DNA of 63,486 nucleotides, counting the filler, from Nemertoderma westbladi (lineage: Eukaryota; Animalia; Xenacoelomorpha), in NCBI GenBank assembly GCA_032718475.1. It is 3 parts of 3 records of this genome, joined end to end, with 100 filler letters (N's around TTAATTAATTAA, not from the genome) between each part and the next. Parts side by side here need not be neighbours in the genome. Positions count along the whole stretch, not along the records: positions 1 to 18,973 come from JAUCBJ010002824.1; positions 19,074 to 47,943 come from JAUCBJ010003394.1; 1 more part is not named here. One strand, given 5' to 3'. This document shows positions 14,205-25,500 of the stretch, piece by piece; within the stretch, counting starts at the first letter, position 1; each line of letters starts with the position of its first letter. Both the position numbers and the translations under genes were made by a program. The notes under the pieces were generated by a model. It ran no database searches. It saw only the letters and a program-made list of their open reading frames with translations, and was not told where the DNA came from.

Positions 14205-14960
14205 TTTATGAAATTCATCAAAACATTTCACTGCAAAGAGTCCTAGTGCTCCACGACATAATTTACACTCATATCTGGAATCCTTGCGAATCTCGTTTAT
14301 CCAGCAGACTCGGCACCGTTTCTGTCGACCCTGTCCTTGTGGTTAAATTTTAGAAATGAAATGTTGGTTGGTGCAGGATCGACCTCGACTTCCACCCGGT
14401 TTGATTCAGATTGGATCCCGGTTAGAACGCCGACAACATTATTTTGGAAATTGACAAATAAGTTGTTTTCGTTTTTATCTTGTTTACGTCTAACATACGC
14501 GTTGAGTATTATCCTCTGTATCAGATGAATTTCGATCTTTTCGGACCATACATGGCTCCTGCTTGCGGCATTGCAACTCGAAATATCACTCCTATCTACT
14601 CTATACTGTCTACCATCTAATCCCCCATGTTGGAATTCTACTTTTCAATAGCCTCGGGTTTCATGTAATTCACTTCCTCGTTTTCGAAGATAATTCATGT
14701 TTTTGCGATTTCACCAGCCTTGTCGAAGGTTGTAATGAAATGAACCATTCGTTTATTGCAATATATTACTTTCACTGGATCTTACGAATTTTGATGATAT
14801 GGGTTGCAACTCCATCTCCTATTTTCTCACGAATTGTGCCACGCAACCCAGTGTTTCTACTCGCCAAATATTCTGCTAATCGTACACTGTTGTAAAAGTT
14901 GTCCATATTCCATATATACCACAAATCTAACAACTCCCGACAACTCATAAGATAAACTAC
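14205..14960 (-). pseudogene. piggyBac-like (PGBD4-type) transposase remnant, C-terminal half
   Basis: Minus-strand translation across frameshifts gives MDNFYNSVRLAEYL...GTIR, a degenerate (Y)NSNMGG(L)D, WSEKIEIHLIQRIILNAYV, and a C-terminal Cys-rich RQKRCRVC...RKDSRYECKLC...CFDEFH. Not visible in the ORF track. Confidence 0.75.
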
Positions 14961-14970
14961 AATAAGTTCT

Positions 14971-17678
14971 GTCTTAGTCAGGCGATGTCTCCTAGTAGTA
15001 GTCCTAGTAGTAGTCCTAGTAGTAGTCTTAGTCAGGCGATGTTTCCTAGTAGTAGTCCTAGTAGTAGTCTTAGTCAGGCGATGTCTCCTAGTAGTAGTCT
15101 TAGTAGTAGTCTTAGTCAGGCGATGTTTCCTAGTAGTAGTCCTAGTAGTAGTCTTAGTCAGGCGATGTCTCCTAGTAGTAGTCCTAGTAGTAGTCCTAGT
15201 AGTAGTCTTAGTCAGGCGATGTCTCCTAGTAGTAGTCTTAGTCAGGCGATGTTTCCTAGTAGTAGTCCTAGTAGTAGTCTTAGTCAGGCGATGTCTCCTA
15301 GTAGTAGTCTTAGTCAGGCGATGTTTCCTAGTAGTAGTCCTAGTAGTAGTCTTAGTCAGGCGATGTCTCCTAGTAGTAGTCCTAGTAGTAGTCTTAGTCA
15401 GGCGATGTTTCCTAGTAGTAGTCCTAGTAGTAGTCTTAGTCAGGCGATGTCTCCTAGTAGTAGTCTTAGTCAGGCGATGTCTCCTAGTAGTAGTCTTAGT
15501 CAGGCGATGTCTCCTAGTAGTAGTCCTAGTAGTAGTCTTAGTCAGGCGATGTCTCCTAGTAGTAGTCCTAGTAGTAGTCTTAGTCAGGCGATGTCTCCTA
15601 GTAGTAGTCCTAGTAGTAGTCTTAGTCAGGCGATGTCTCCTAGTAGTAGTCCTAGTAGTAGTCTTAGTCAGGCGATGTTTCCTAGTAGTAGTCCTAGTAG
15701 TAGTCTTAGTCAGGCGATGTTTCCTAGTAGTAGTCCTAGTAGTAGTCTTAGTCAGGCGATGTCTCCTAGTAGTAGTCCTAGTAGTAGTCTTAGTCAGGCG
15801 ATGTCTCCTAGTAGTAGTCTTAGTCAGGCGATGTTTCCTAGTAGTAGTCCTAGTAGTAGTCTTAGTCAGGCGATGTCTCCTAGTAGTAGTCTTAGTCAGG
15901 CGATGTTTCCTAGTAGTAGTCCTAGTAGTAGTCTTAGTCAGGCGATGTCTCCTAGTAGTAGTCTTAGTCAGGCGATGTTTCCTAGTAGTAGTCCTAGTAG
16001 TAGTCTTAGTCAGGCGATGTCTCCTAGTAGTAGTCCTAGTAGTAGTCTTAGTCAGGCGATGTCTCCTAGTAGTAGTCTTAGTCAGGCGATGTTTCCTAGT
16101 AGTAGTCCTAGTAGTAGTCTTAGTCAGGCGATGTCTCCTAGTAGTAGTCTTAGTCAGGCGATGTTTCCTAGTAGTAGTCCTAGTAGTAGTCTTAGTCAGG
16201 CGATGTCTCCTAGTAGTAGTCTTAGTCAGGCGATGTCTCCTAGTAGTAGTCTTAGTCAGGCGATGTCTCCTAGTAGTAGTCCTAGTAGTAGTCTTAGTCA
16301 GGCGATGTCTCCTAGTAGTAGTCCTAGTAGTAGTCTTAGTCAGGCGATGTTTCCTAGTAGTAGTCCTAGTAGTAGTCTTAGTCAGGCGATGTCTCCTAGT
16401 AGTAGTCTTAGTCAGGCGATGTCTCCTAGTAGTAGTCTTAGTCAGGCGATGTCTCCTAGTAGTAGTCCTAGTAGTAGTCTTAGTCAGGCGATGTCTCCTA
16501 GTAGTAGTCTTAGTCAGGCGATGTTTCCTAGTAGTAGTCCTAGTAGTAGTCTTAGTCAGGCGATGTCTCCTAGTAGTAGTCCTAGTAGTAGTCTTAGTCA
16601 GGCGATGTTTCCTAGTAGTAGTCCTAGTAGTAGTCTTAGTCAGGCGATGTCTCCTAGTAGTAGTCTTAGTCAGGCGATGTCTCCTAGTAGTAGTCTTAGT
16701 CAGGCGATGTCTCCTAGTAGTAGTCCTAGTAGTAGTCTTAGTCAGGCGATGTCTCCTAGTAGTAGTCCTAGTAGTAGTCTTAGTCAGGCGATGTCTCCTA
16801 GTAGTAGTCCTAGTAGTAGTCTTAGTCAGGCGATGTCTCCTAGTAGTAGTCCTAGTAGTAGTCTTAGTCAGGCGATGTCTCCTAGTAGTAGTCCTAGTAG
16901 TAGTCTTAGTCAGGCGATGTTTCCTAGTAGTAGTCCTAGTAGTAGTCTTAGTCAGGCGATGTCTCCTAGTAGTAGTCCTAGTAGTAGTCCTAGTAGTAGT
17001 CCTAGTAGTAGTCTTAGTCAGGCGATGTCTCCTAGTAGTAGTCCTAGTAGTAGTCTTAGTCAGGCGATGTCTCCTAGTAGTAGTCCTAGTAGTAGTCTTA
17101 GTCAGGCGATGTCTCCTAGTAGTAGTCCTAGTAGTAGTCTTAGTCAGGCGATGTCTCCTAGTAGTAGTCTTAGTCAGGCGATGTCTCCTAGTAGTAGTCC
17201 TAGTAGTAGTCTTAGTCAGGCGATGTCTCCTAGTAGTAGTCTTAGTCAGGCGATGTTTCCTAGTAGTAGTCCTAGTAGTAGTCTTAGTCAGGCGATGTCT
17301 CCTAGTAGTAGTCTTAGTCAGGCGATGTCTCCTAGTAGTAGTCTTAGTCAGGCGATGTCTCCTAGTAGTAGTCCTAGTAGTAGTCTTAGTCAGGCGATGT
17401 CTCCTAGTAGTAGTCCTAGTAGTAGTCTTAGTCAGGCGATGTTTCCTAGTAGTAGTCCTAGTAGTAGTCTTAGTCAGGCGATGTCTCCTAGTAGTAGTCC
17501 TAGTAGTAGTCTTAGTCAGGCGATGTCTCCTAGTAGTAGTCCTAGTAGTAGTCTTAGTCAGGCGATGTCTCCTAGTTGTAGTCCTAGTAGTAGTCTTAGT
17601 CAGGCGATGTCTCCTAGTAGTAGTCTTAGTCAGGCGATGTTTCCTAGTAGTAGTCCTAGTAGTAGTCTTAGTCAGGCG
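14971..17678. repeat. Modular minisatellite built from 12-bp (CCTAGTAGTAGT) and 18-bp (CTTAGTCAGGCGATGTYT) modules, giving 30/42/54-bp units
   Basis: Directly visible tandem array of ~2.7 kb with very few point variants (TCT/TTT dimorphism). Confidence 0.97.
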
Positions 17679-18165
17679 TTCTGTTTCCGGTTCTACACTA
17701 CAGTAGATATCAACGAAATAGCGCCGTTTCTACACGACAAAAGTACCTGTAACTGTCACGTTAAAGGTACCTCTTTTCCTCTATAACTGTTCTAATTATG
17801 TAGGCCTATAGTGTATATATTTTTCTAAAATTTCCCTTACTGCACTGTAGTTGTTCCTACTGATTACTTACTGTATGTAGGTAAACTCTCTGCTGAGAAT
17901 TCATAAAATATTCTGGTAATCATTAATTTTTCCGTAGTTTATTTTTCAATATTCTAATTCAATTTAATCTATTTAAACTGTATACTATAATAAATAATTT
18001 TCATGTATCCATCAATATCCTAACTGTACTGTACAACATTAACCATTACTCAATGCTTAATTTATACTTTTTATGAACACCTTTACACTTCAGTATTGTA
18101 TACTGATTTCAAATTACAGTATGAGTTTGAGTTTCAAATAATTGGCTGAAGATTATTTGTATTTT

Positions 18166-18880
18166 ACGAACGGATGAAGTGGTAGGCATTCACCAGCGGC
18201 AGCATAGTGTAAAGATGATAGAAAAAATAAAGTATTGAGGGTCTTTAGCTGGTTATATTATATTAAATAAAGATACAATAGTAAACGTTTTCGACCTACC
18301 GGTCTGTGGCGGTCTATATATATATATATAAGTTTTAAAGGGGAATACCTGATAGGTGAATCCCAGAAAGGTTAACGTGTATGTATGTACTGTATAACTT
18401 AAGGTAATTTAATTGTGATAGGGAAAATTCACCGAGTTAGTTGTGAGCTGTCAATCTAAAGTACAAATATAGGGTTACAGGTTGGGTTATAGGGGTTGGG
18501 AGAGGCTGCCAATTATACCATTCAGTAAGTAGACACATGACCACTCCTGGGATTCCCTATCAGCCTCTCCCAACCCTATAACCCAACCTGTAACCCTATA
18601 TTTGTACTTTAGATTGACAGCTAACAACTAACTCGGTGTATTTTCCCTATCACAATTACCTTAAGTTATACAGTACATACATAGACGTTAACCTTTCTGG
18701 GATTCACCTATCAGGTATTCCCCTTTAAAAACTTAGATATATATATACTGTAGACCCCCACCTTTTCCTGTTAGTTGCCAGGCAGACCGGTAGGTCGAAA
18801 ACGTTTACTATTGTATCTTTATTTAATATATTATAACCAGCTAAAGACCCTCAATACTTTATTTTTCCTATCAGCTTTAC
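18166..18880. mobile_element. Long foldback inverted repeat (arms ~18205-18508 and ~18561-18884), Penelope-like pLTR inversion
   Basis: About 300-bp arms are near-perfect reverse complements around a ~50-nt loop. Contains GACCGGTAGGTCGAAAACGT, resembling the stem II/GAAA part of PLE hammerhead motifs. Flanked by the 14-bp direct repeat ATTATTTGTATTTT (18152-18165, 18881-18894). Confidence 0.6.
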
Positions 18881-18973
18881 ATTATTTGTATTTTGTAATA
18901 TATAGAAACGTGCCATGATGGGTTTATTTATTTTTTTCGTTAATATTGCTTTTCTTGGTTAAAATAAGCCACC

Positions 18974-19073
18974 NNNNNNNNNNNNNNNNNNNNNNNNNNN
19001 NNNNNNNNNNNNNNNNNTTAATTAATTAANNNNNNNNNNNNNNNNNNNNNNNNNNNNNNNNNNNNNNNNNNNN
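18974..19073. other. Assembly gap / artificial contig linker
   Basis: N-run, TTAATTAATTAA (stops in all frames), N-run; 100 bp in total. Confidence 0.95.
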
Positions 19074-20535
19074 CCATAATATAAATTTGGAGGTGCTTGT
19101 GGTGTATTGGAAACTGGTGTATTTACAAGTAATTGCCGCTGAGATAAATCTGCATTAATTGATGCATTTGGAAATAGAACTGAGTTTGTCTCATTAGTTG
19201 GCTGCGATATTACATTTGTATTATCATTATGACCTTGTGCCGCTCCCGTGGATACTCTTGAAGTTGTAGCTTGTAGAAACGAAGGGTTAGTATAACTGGA
19301 ATTCTGATTATTCCTATACTGTGCCGCTCCCATGGCCAATTCGGTAGCATGTGAATTTGGATGCTTGGATACTGAATTATAATGGACATTATTGGAAGAC
19401 TGTACCGCAGAGTGAATTTCTTACTAATATCTTCCTTAGATTGGAAAGATTCCTTAGACTTCCTAAGCAATTTGAGCTGTGGCAGAATCTTTGATGCGTA
19501 AATACGCTTAAACCTTCGGTTTCTTGGAATAACTGTGAAACAATCCAAAAAGATTGGACAATCAAGCCCCCCCGGGGAAGGTCCCTAATAATGCGGTCCA
19601 TAACTGATACATAGGCCCAGGTATTTGGTCACTGGCCTATGCAGACAGTCAGCGTCTATGCCCGTTCAGCCCTCCACACCCACAACCCTTTCACCCTGGC
19701 ACAACCACCTCACGACGAACTCAACATATCTGATTTCAACTGTATGTTGATGAGTCTGAATGTTACAGTCTGACAGTGTTATAATAAAACTGACTGAAAT
19801 ACTAAAATATGTTTTTAACAAAAACCTGCCACACTAACAAGTTATATGAAATGTAATTCCATACCGGTAGCACCATCTTTATATATAGGTAAAATACCAT
19901 CAATACACGCTAGGTGGCGTCCTTACAAACACATCATACTAAATTTTATATTTAAAAACAAATATTTATTTTTCTGGAACATTTTTAAAAACACAATATT
20001 ATTTATTATTACTTATTATTATGTATTAAATTGTGTGTTTTTCCTTATTTAAAAAGTAACAATTCATAATTCATAAATAAAGGCAAAGGAAAATATGATT
20101 TTTAAACTACTAGCTAGTACAAAAATACTAGCCCAATACAATACCCTTGCAAAATACTACCACATTTCCAAAAAGTAACTGTTTGATGTAAAACATCTCT
20201 TTGTAAAGAAAAAATGATATTTAAAATTTTGAAAAATAGCTATTTTTATTAAAAAGTGTAAAAAATATTTTTTCTAGAAAAAAGTTTTATTTAGTTAAAT
20301 AGCTTAGCTTATATTAGAATATAGAATAGATCTAGAATATATTACTAGTTTTAGTAATATATTCTAGAACATTCAAAAAAAGAAGTGCAACATTAAAAAA
20401 AAAGTTACTATAAATCCTGAAAAGTGATCATATATACTATACTATAATGCCGTTAGTTAGAGGCACTACTGGAGGAAGGGCGATCTATACAGACAGACAA
20501 CACACTTCCTCCTATATGACAATGATAATGGTTAA

Positions 20536-21280
20536 GGGGGGGGGGGGGGGGGGGGGGGGGTACACCATTTTCGGACAACTCTTCGATTTATCACTCTCAG
20601 CGTTTCCAAATTGTTTGGTTTTGGCTAAAATTTGGCATATAGGTGCCTAAGATGCTAATCTAAATGACAGATCAGAAAAAAAAAATTTTCCGCTATTTAA
20701 TATTAGTTAATACTAGTTAACAATAAAAAAAACTTGGTTGCGCTTAAAACCCTAAGGCTTTTACAGTTTTGAACCTAATCACATGAAAGTTTTTTTTATA
20801 TGATAGATCAAAGATGGGGCAACATAACTATCAGGCGAAATTTTGTTAAAATAATTCTGCACCGCTAGGTGGCGTCACCGCTAGGTACTGCAAATTTATG
20901 CTAATATTTAGGTTTTTTATAAATAGTATTGAATTTTATTATCAAAAAATTTCGAAAAGTTGTCTGATACTTTTATGCAGGGTGGCTATGTAGACACCCA
21001 CAGAAAGTTTCAGACTAATTGCTCAAAAATTGTAGAAGTAGTAGGGTTTTGAAGTTGACAATTTCATGAAAAAAAATATTTGGAGATAATCGACCTTTCA
21101 TTATACATATTAATAGTAATTTCAATAGGATTCCCTAAATGGAAATTTACATAACTTGAAAACTAAAAGAGCTATTAAATAGCGGTTTTCAGATTTGGAA
21201 ACACCATTCAATGGTGCATTATAATAGACCATAAAAAAATTCGACATATTTTGGACCCCCCCCCCCCCCCCCCCCCCCCC
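20536..21280. mobile_element. Non-autonomous DNA transposon (MITE) with TTAA target site, Kolobok-like
   Basis: TTAA followed by poly-G at 20532 and poly-C followed by TTAA at 21281. No coding capacity; interior resembles typical MITE sequence. Confidence 0.6.
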
Positions 21281-21653
21281 TTAAAACAACTAATTACACA
21301 CCATTCCCATAGTGTATTTGAAGTATTAATTTTCAGTGACAATTACTGCTTGCTATTAAACTTACACTATAAAACAATTCTGGAACATCAGTTTCCATCA
21401 CAATTGCTCTCAAAACGGCTTAAACAAATTTCTTGTTGCTTTGAGCGAAAGTGCACACTTAAAATTCGAATAAAAAAAATTGCTCAAACTAATTGTTCCG
21501 GAAATCGCTCGATTTGGTATTGGGACATTACAAATTATCATTCAAAGAAAAAAAAATGCGTCCATACGCTACTAAGGTGATTGTATTGGGTGACTAAGGG
21601 CGTCTACTGGACTAATAGGATAACAGGTATTTTCCCTTGATCTTCACCATACT

Positions 21654-22121
21654 TGTTCGAGGTATTTCAGTTTTTCATAACGCGAGTTAAATATTTTTTG
21701 GATTTATTTATTATGAATATTCATGGTGCGGGTGTGGGTGCGGGAACATGGAATTTGGGTATATTCAATGGACTGGGGGCGATTTACGGGCGGATATTGG
21801 GGCGACTTACGGGGCACGGGACTATATCTGATATTTAAGGGCCAAGGGTGGGAAGAATTTGTATATTCGTGTATTATTGTGAATATTTGGTATATTGGTG
21901 TAGGGAAGCCCAAATTATTCTCAATCAAGGTTCAATCAGAGTTCAAGTTACATTAAAGATTATATCCAACCAATGAAACTTTTTCTCTACCTGCAATCTT
22001 GCATCTCAGATAAACTCCTTCTCCACTCCCAATATCCGGTGACTGGCCGGAATCAAGTGGTCTGAAAATTCCGCCACCAGCTTCGGCGTTTTCCCCCCTG
22101 GTGTCGGGAATAATGGCAACA
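21654..22121 (+). repeat. 5' LTR of BEL/Pao element
   Basis: TGTTCGAGG...GGCAACA; direct repeat of 32929-33398, roughly 94% identical by eye. Confidence 0.93.
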
Positions 22122-22531
22122 AAATTGAGAATAATACGCGGTCAACTTCAACTAGTGGAAGTTGGGAATTCAACAGTCAAGTATTCTTCAAACTCTCTCC
22201 GTGCTTAACCAGCACCCACTATGAGGAAACTCTGGTATTTGATTTGAGACAAAGTTGTGGTTTAATAAACTTACAAACTCAATCCAAACTGTCTAGAACT
22301 CGTAGTCGGCAGATCATTAACAGAGAGTCGTTAACAGGGAAAGGAAGTATCGATCACACCTATTGATATAATTCAAGTTGAGCCAGGAATCTGGCATATC
22401 GAAGTTGAGGTACAGGGAACTAACGTGGGACGATTTAGAATTACCGTTCGGGTAGTTCAAGCCGAATATGAAACTTACGACAAACTGTTCTACGACATCG
22501 CATACTTGGCAATAAACGAAGCGTTAGAATA

Positions 22532-25500
22532 ATGGAGGATAACGCCTATGACACCGATGGGGTAGAACCTCATACAGACTCAGATACCGACGAGGTCCCA
22601 AATGTTAAAAATATGGCACGCCGGTTGGGCGCTCTCAAAGGCGGGGTCACTTGAGCCTATAACCGCATCGAAAAACAACTAAAGGGAGTTGAGACCCCCC
22701 TCAGCGACATACAAACTCAGCTACACAAAATCCGAGGTATCCTCCAACGATACGAACGAATGATACAAGCATATCAGGAACTCATTCCCGCAACCGATCT
22801 GGAAAACTACCCCAGAATGGAGGAACCTACTGCACATTTGGAAGAGTTCCGTAAACAACATCGGAGGACCCTCAGCCTCGTGAGAGGTTATGAAGAACAA
22901 TACTACAAAAGGACAGAAAGGGCGGACGTGGAATCAGTGCAGACCTCCCTCCGGTACCAGGACATTGGTTCCGAGAAAAAGGACTGGGTCCTCGAGGCAC
23001 CAGCACTCCAGCGCCAGAAGTGAGGTATCCGGATCAGCGCGTAGTTCCCAAGGGGGTCAGCCCCTCCGAGACCAGCTACGAGAACAGAGGGCACTGGCCC
23101 TTAAAGCCCGAATGGAGGATGAATACGTTCAATTACAGATCGAACAGGACGTACTAGCAGAGGAAAGACATAAGCAGGAGGCCGAACTACAGGCCGAAAG
23201 ACATAAAGCAAGAGGCCGAAATACAGGCCGAAAGACGTAAACAAGAGGTCGAACAACGTAAACAAGAGGCCGAACAATGTAAACAAGAGGCCGAACAGCG
23301 AATAAACAAGATGCCGACACAGCCGAATAAACAAGAGGCCGAACAGCCGAACTAAACAAGAGGCCGAAAGGAATAAACAAGAGGCCGAACAACAGGCCGA
23401 GATACGTAAACGAGAGGTTGAACAACAGGCCGAAATACACAAACAAGAGGCCGAAATGCGTAAACGAAATGCCGAGGCCCAAACGTTTCTTATTCACAAA
23501 AAGAATGCGGATATTGCTAAACTCGCAGACTACGAAGCTGCACTCATAGAACGGGACCTTCAACTGTACGAGGACTGGGAAAGGGGTATAGAACAGGACT
23601 ATGAACAAATTCTGGTTCCGGAATTAGAAAAGTCATTTACGCCACCGGCTGCAAAACCTCAGAAACCCGAGTTCCCGCCAGTTATACGGTCCACATTATT
23701 GGCACAAGCACCGGCATTCCATCCTCACTGGTTACGCTTAAGAACGACGAACCCTATTTCCCTCCCAACCCTACGGCACCGAGCGTTCCCCAGTACGAGC
23801 CTGAAAGGGACTCGGAACGGGACGCCACCCCTCGACCCAATAATCCATTCACGTCCACCCCGAAAATCCGTAACCGCGTCATTATTAAAACTCCACCTCT
23901 TATTGATCCATCATGTATGAGAGAGTGTTAGTAATTACAATCCTCCTAGTCATTCCAGTTCAGATGACGTCAGCATCATCCGAGCCTTGGAGAACCACCT
24001 AGCTATGCCCAAGATGGAAATCCATACCTTCGAGGGCGACCCCGTCGATTATCTTGGATTTAAAAAACGGTTCTTCGCTCAGATCGGATCGACGGATATA
24101 ACCAATGCGCAAAAGCTGGTATATTTATCTCAGTATCTGGGTGACAAACCATGCCGAATCGTTAAATGTTTCGAAGGAGGATCTCATGAAGCGTACCACG
24201 ATGCGTGGAAAACTCTCGATAAGAGATATGGTAACATTGGAACTATAATTAACAAGATGCTTGAAAAACTGATACAGGATGCTGGATGGATCCCTAGGGG
24301 ACCCATAGAATATCCAAGAGTTTTCGGACTCAATGAAGGACGCTTATTATACTTTAAAACCATTGAACAAACAGGAACAATTAAACAACATCTTAAACCT
24401 CCGACAGATTGCCCGGAAATTCCCCAGATGGTTGCAAAGCAAATGGGCATATAAATGTGTGAATCTCAGACGCAGACACCCGGATCGGGATCCTAGTTTC
24501 CTCGAAATGTCGGCGTTCCTAGATGATATCTCCGAATCCATGAACGACTCCATGTTCTCCAAGCAAAGTCTCTCCAAGTTAGACGGAATAGAGAACACCT
24601 CTAGGAGCAGGGCACCCACTCCAAAGCTGAGATTATGCCCTCCTCCGGTGAGTATGATGGCCATGGCCGAGGATTCGGATGACGAGGATTATGAGGAACC
24701 GACATTGGCAGAGGAATGGGCGTGCTATCTGGCGAATTGGGCACCCGAGAGGGAAGGCACCACAACCTCCCTTCTATGTCTCTTCTGCGGGGATAAACAC
24801 AAGGTGGAATTCCGCAGAAAATTCCAGTTCGCCGAACTCGTTCCGCGCTTTGAGGCAATCATGAAACACCGAAGATGCTTCCGGTGTCTTGGAACAGGTC
24901 ACTACGTGCGGTCACTATTGCGACCAAAGGTCATGCTGCGCAGTTTGCAATGACCTACGACATCATACTCTCCTCCACATTCCGGCAAATTTCGATTTCA
25001 CCACCCTACCGTTCCGTATCGAATCCAAACGGAGAGGGAAAATGAATCACATCTCTAAGGTTACCCGGACGATCCAGCGGAGAGAAACAAACCCATTCAA
25101 GACCACCGCTGATGTATCACATGTGACCAGCATATCAGCTACGGTCAATTTAATAAACCGACGTTATATGGTCTTCGCCAAAGTGATCCCGGTAAGAATC
25201 CAAGGAGTCGGGAAATCCCTAACCACACTCGCGTTCCTGGACAACGGGTCAGATGGAACTATCATAGACAGGGATTTTCTAGAATAACTGGGCCTAGAAT
25301 ATGAACCTTGCAAGCGACCCATACAGACTATAACGGACCATAAAGAAGTGGAGTCCGGGGAGGTACAACTCAGGATGGAAGGAGTTATGAAAGGTTACGA
25401 AAAGGTCAAACTAACGATTAAAAATGCTCTGGTGCATACCAATCTCAGAGTGCGATTCCAACAATCATCCGAATATGCGCCCCTCATACAGCTAGATCGG

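Noticed and set aside
14985-17786. 933-aa Ser/Pro-rich ORF
   Set aside because: It is a by-product of a satellite whose modules (12 and 18 bp) are multiples of 3. There is no synonymous variation, signal peptide or unique domain.
23101-23608. Minus-strand ORFs with LFGLLF repeats
   Set aside because: Antisense shadows of the gag coiled-coil repeats; the same applies to most short ORFs overlapping pol, ORF3 and TYMP.
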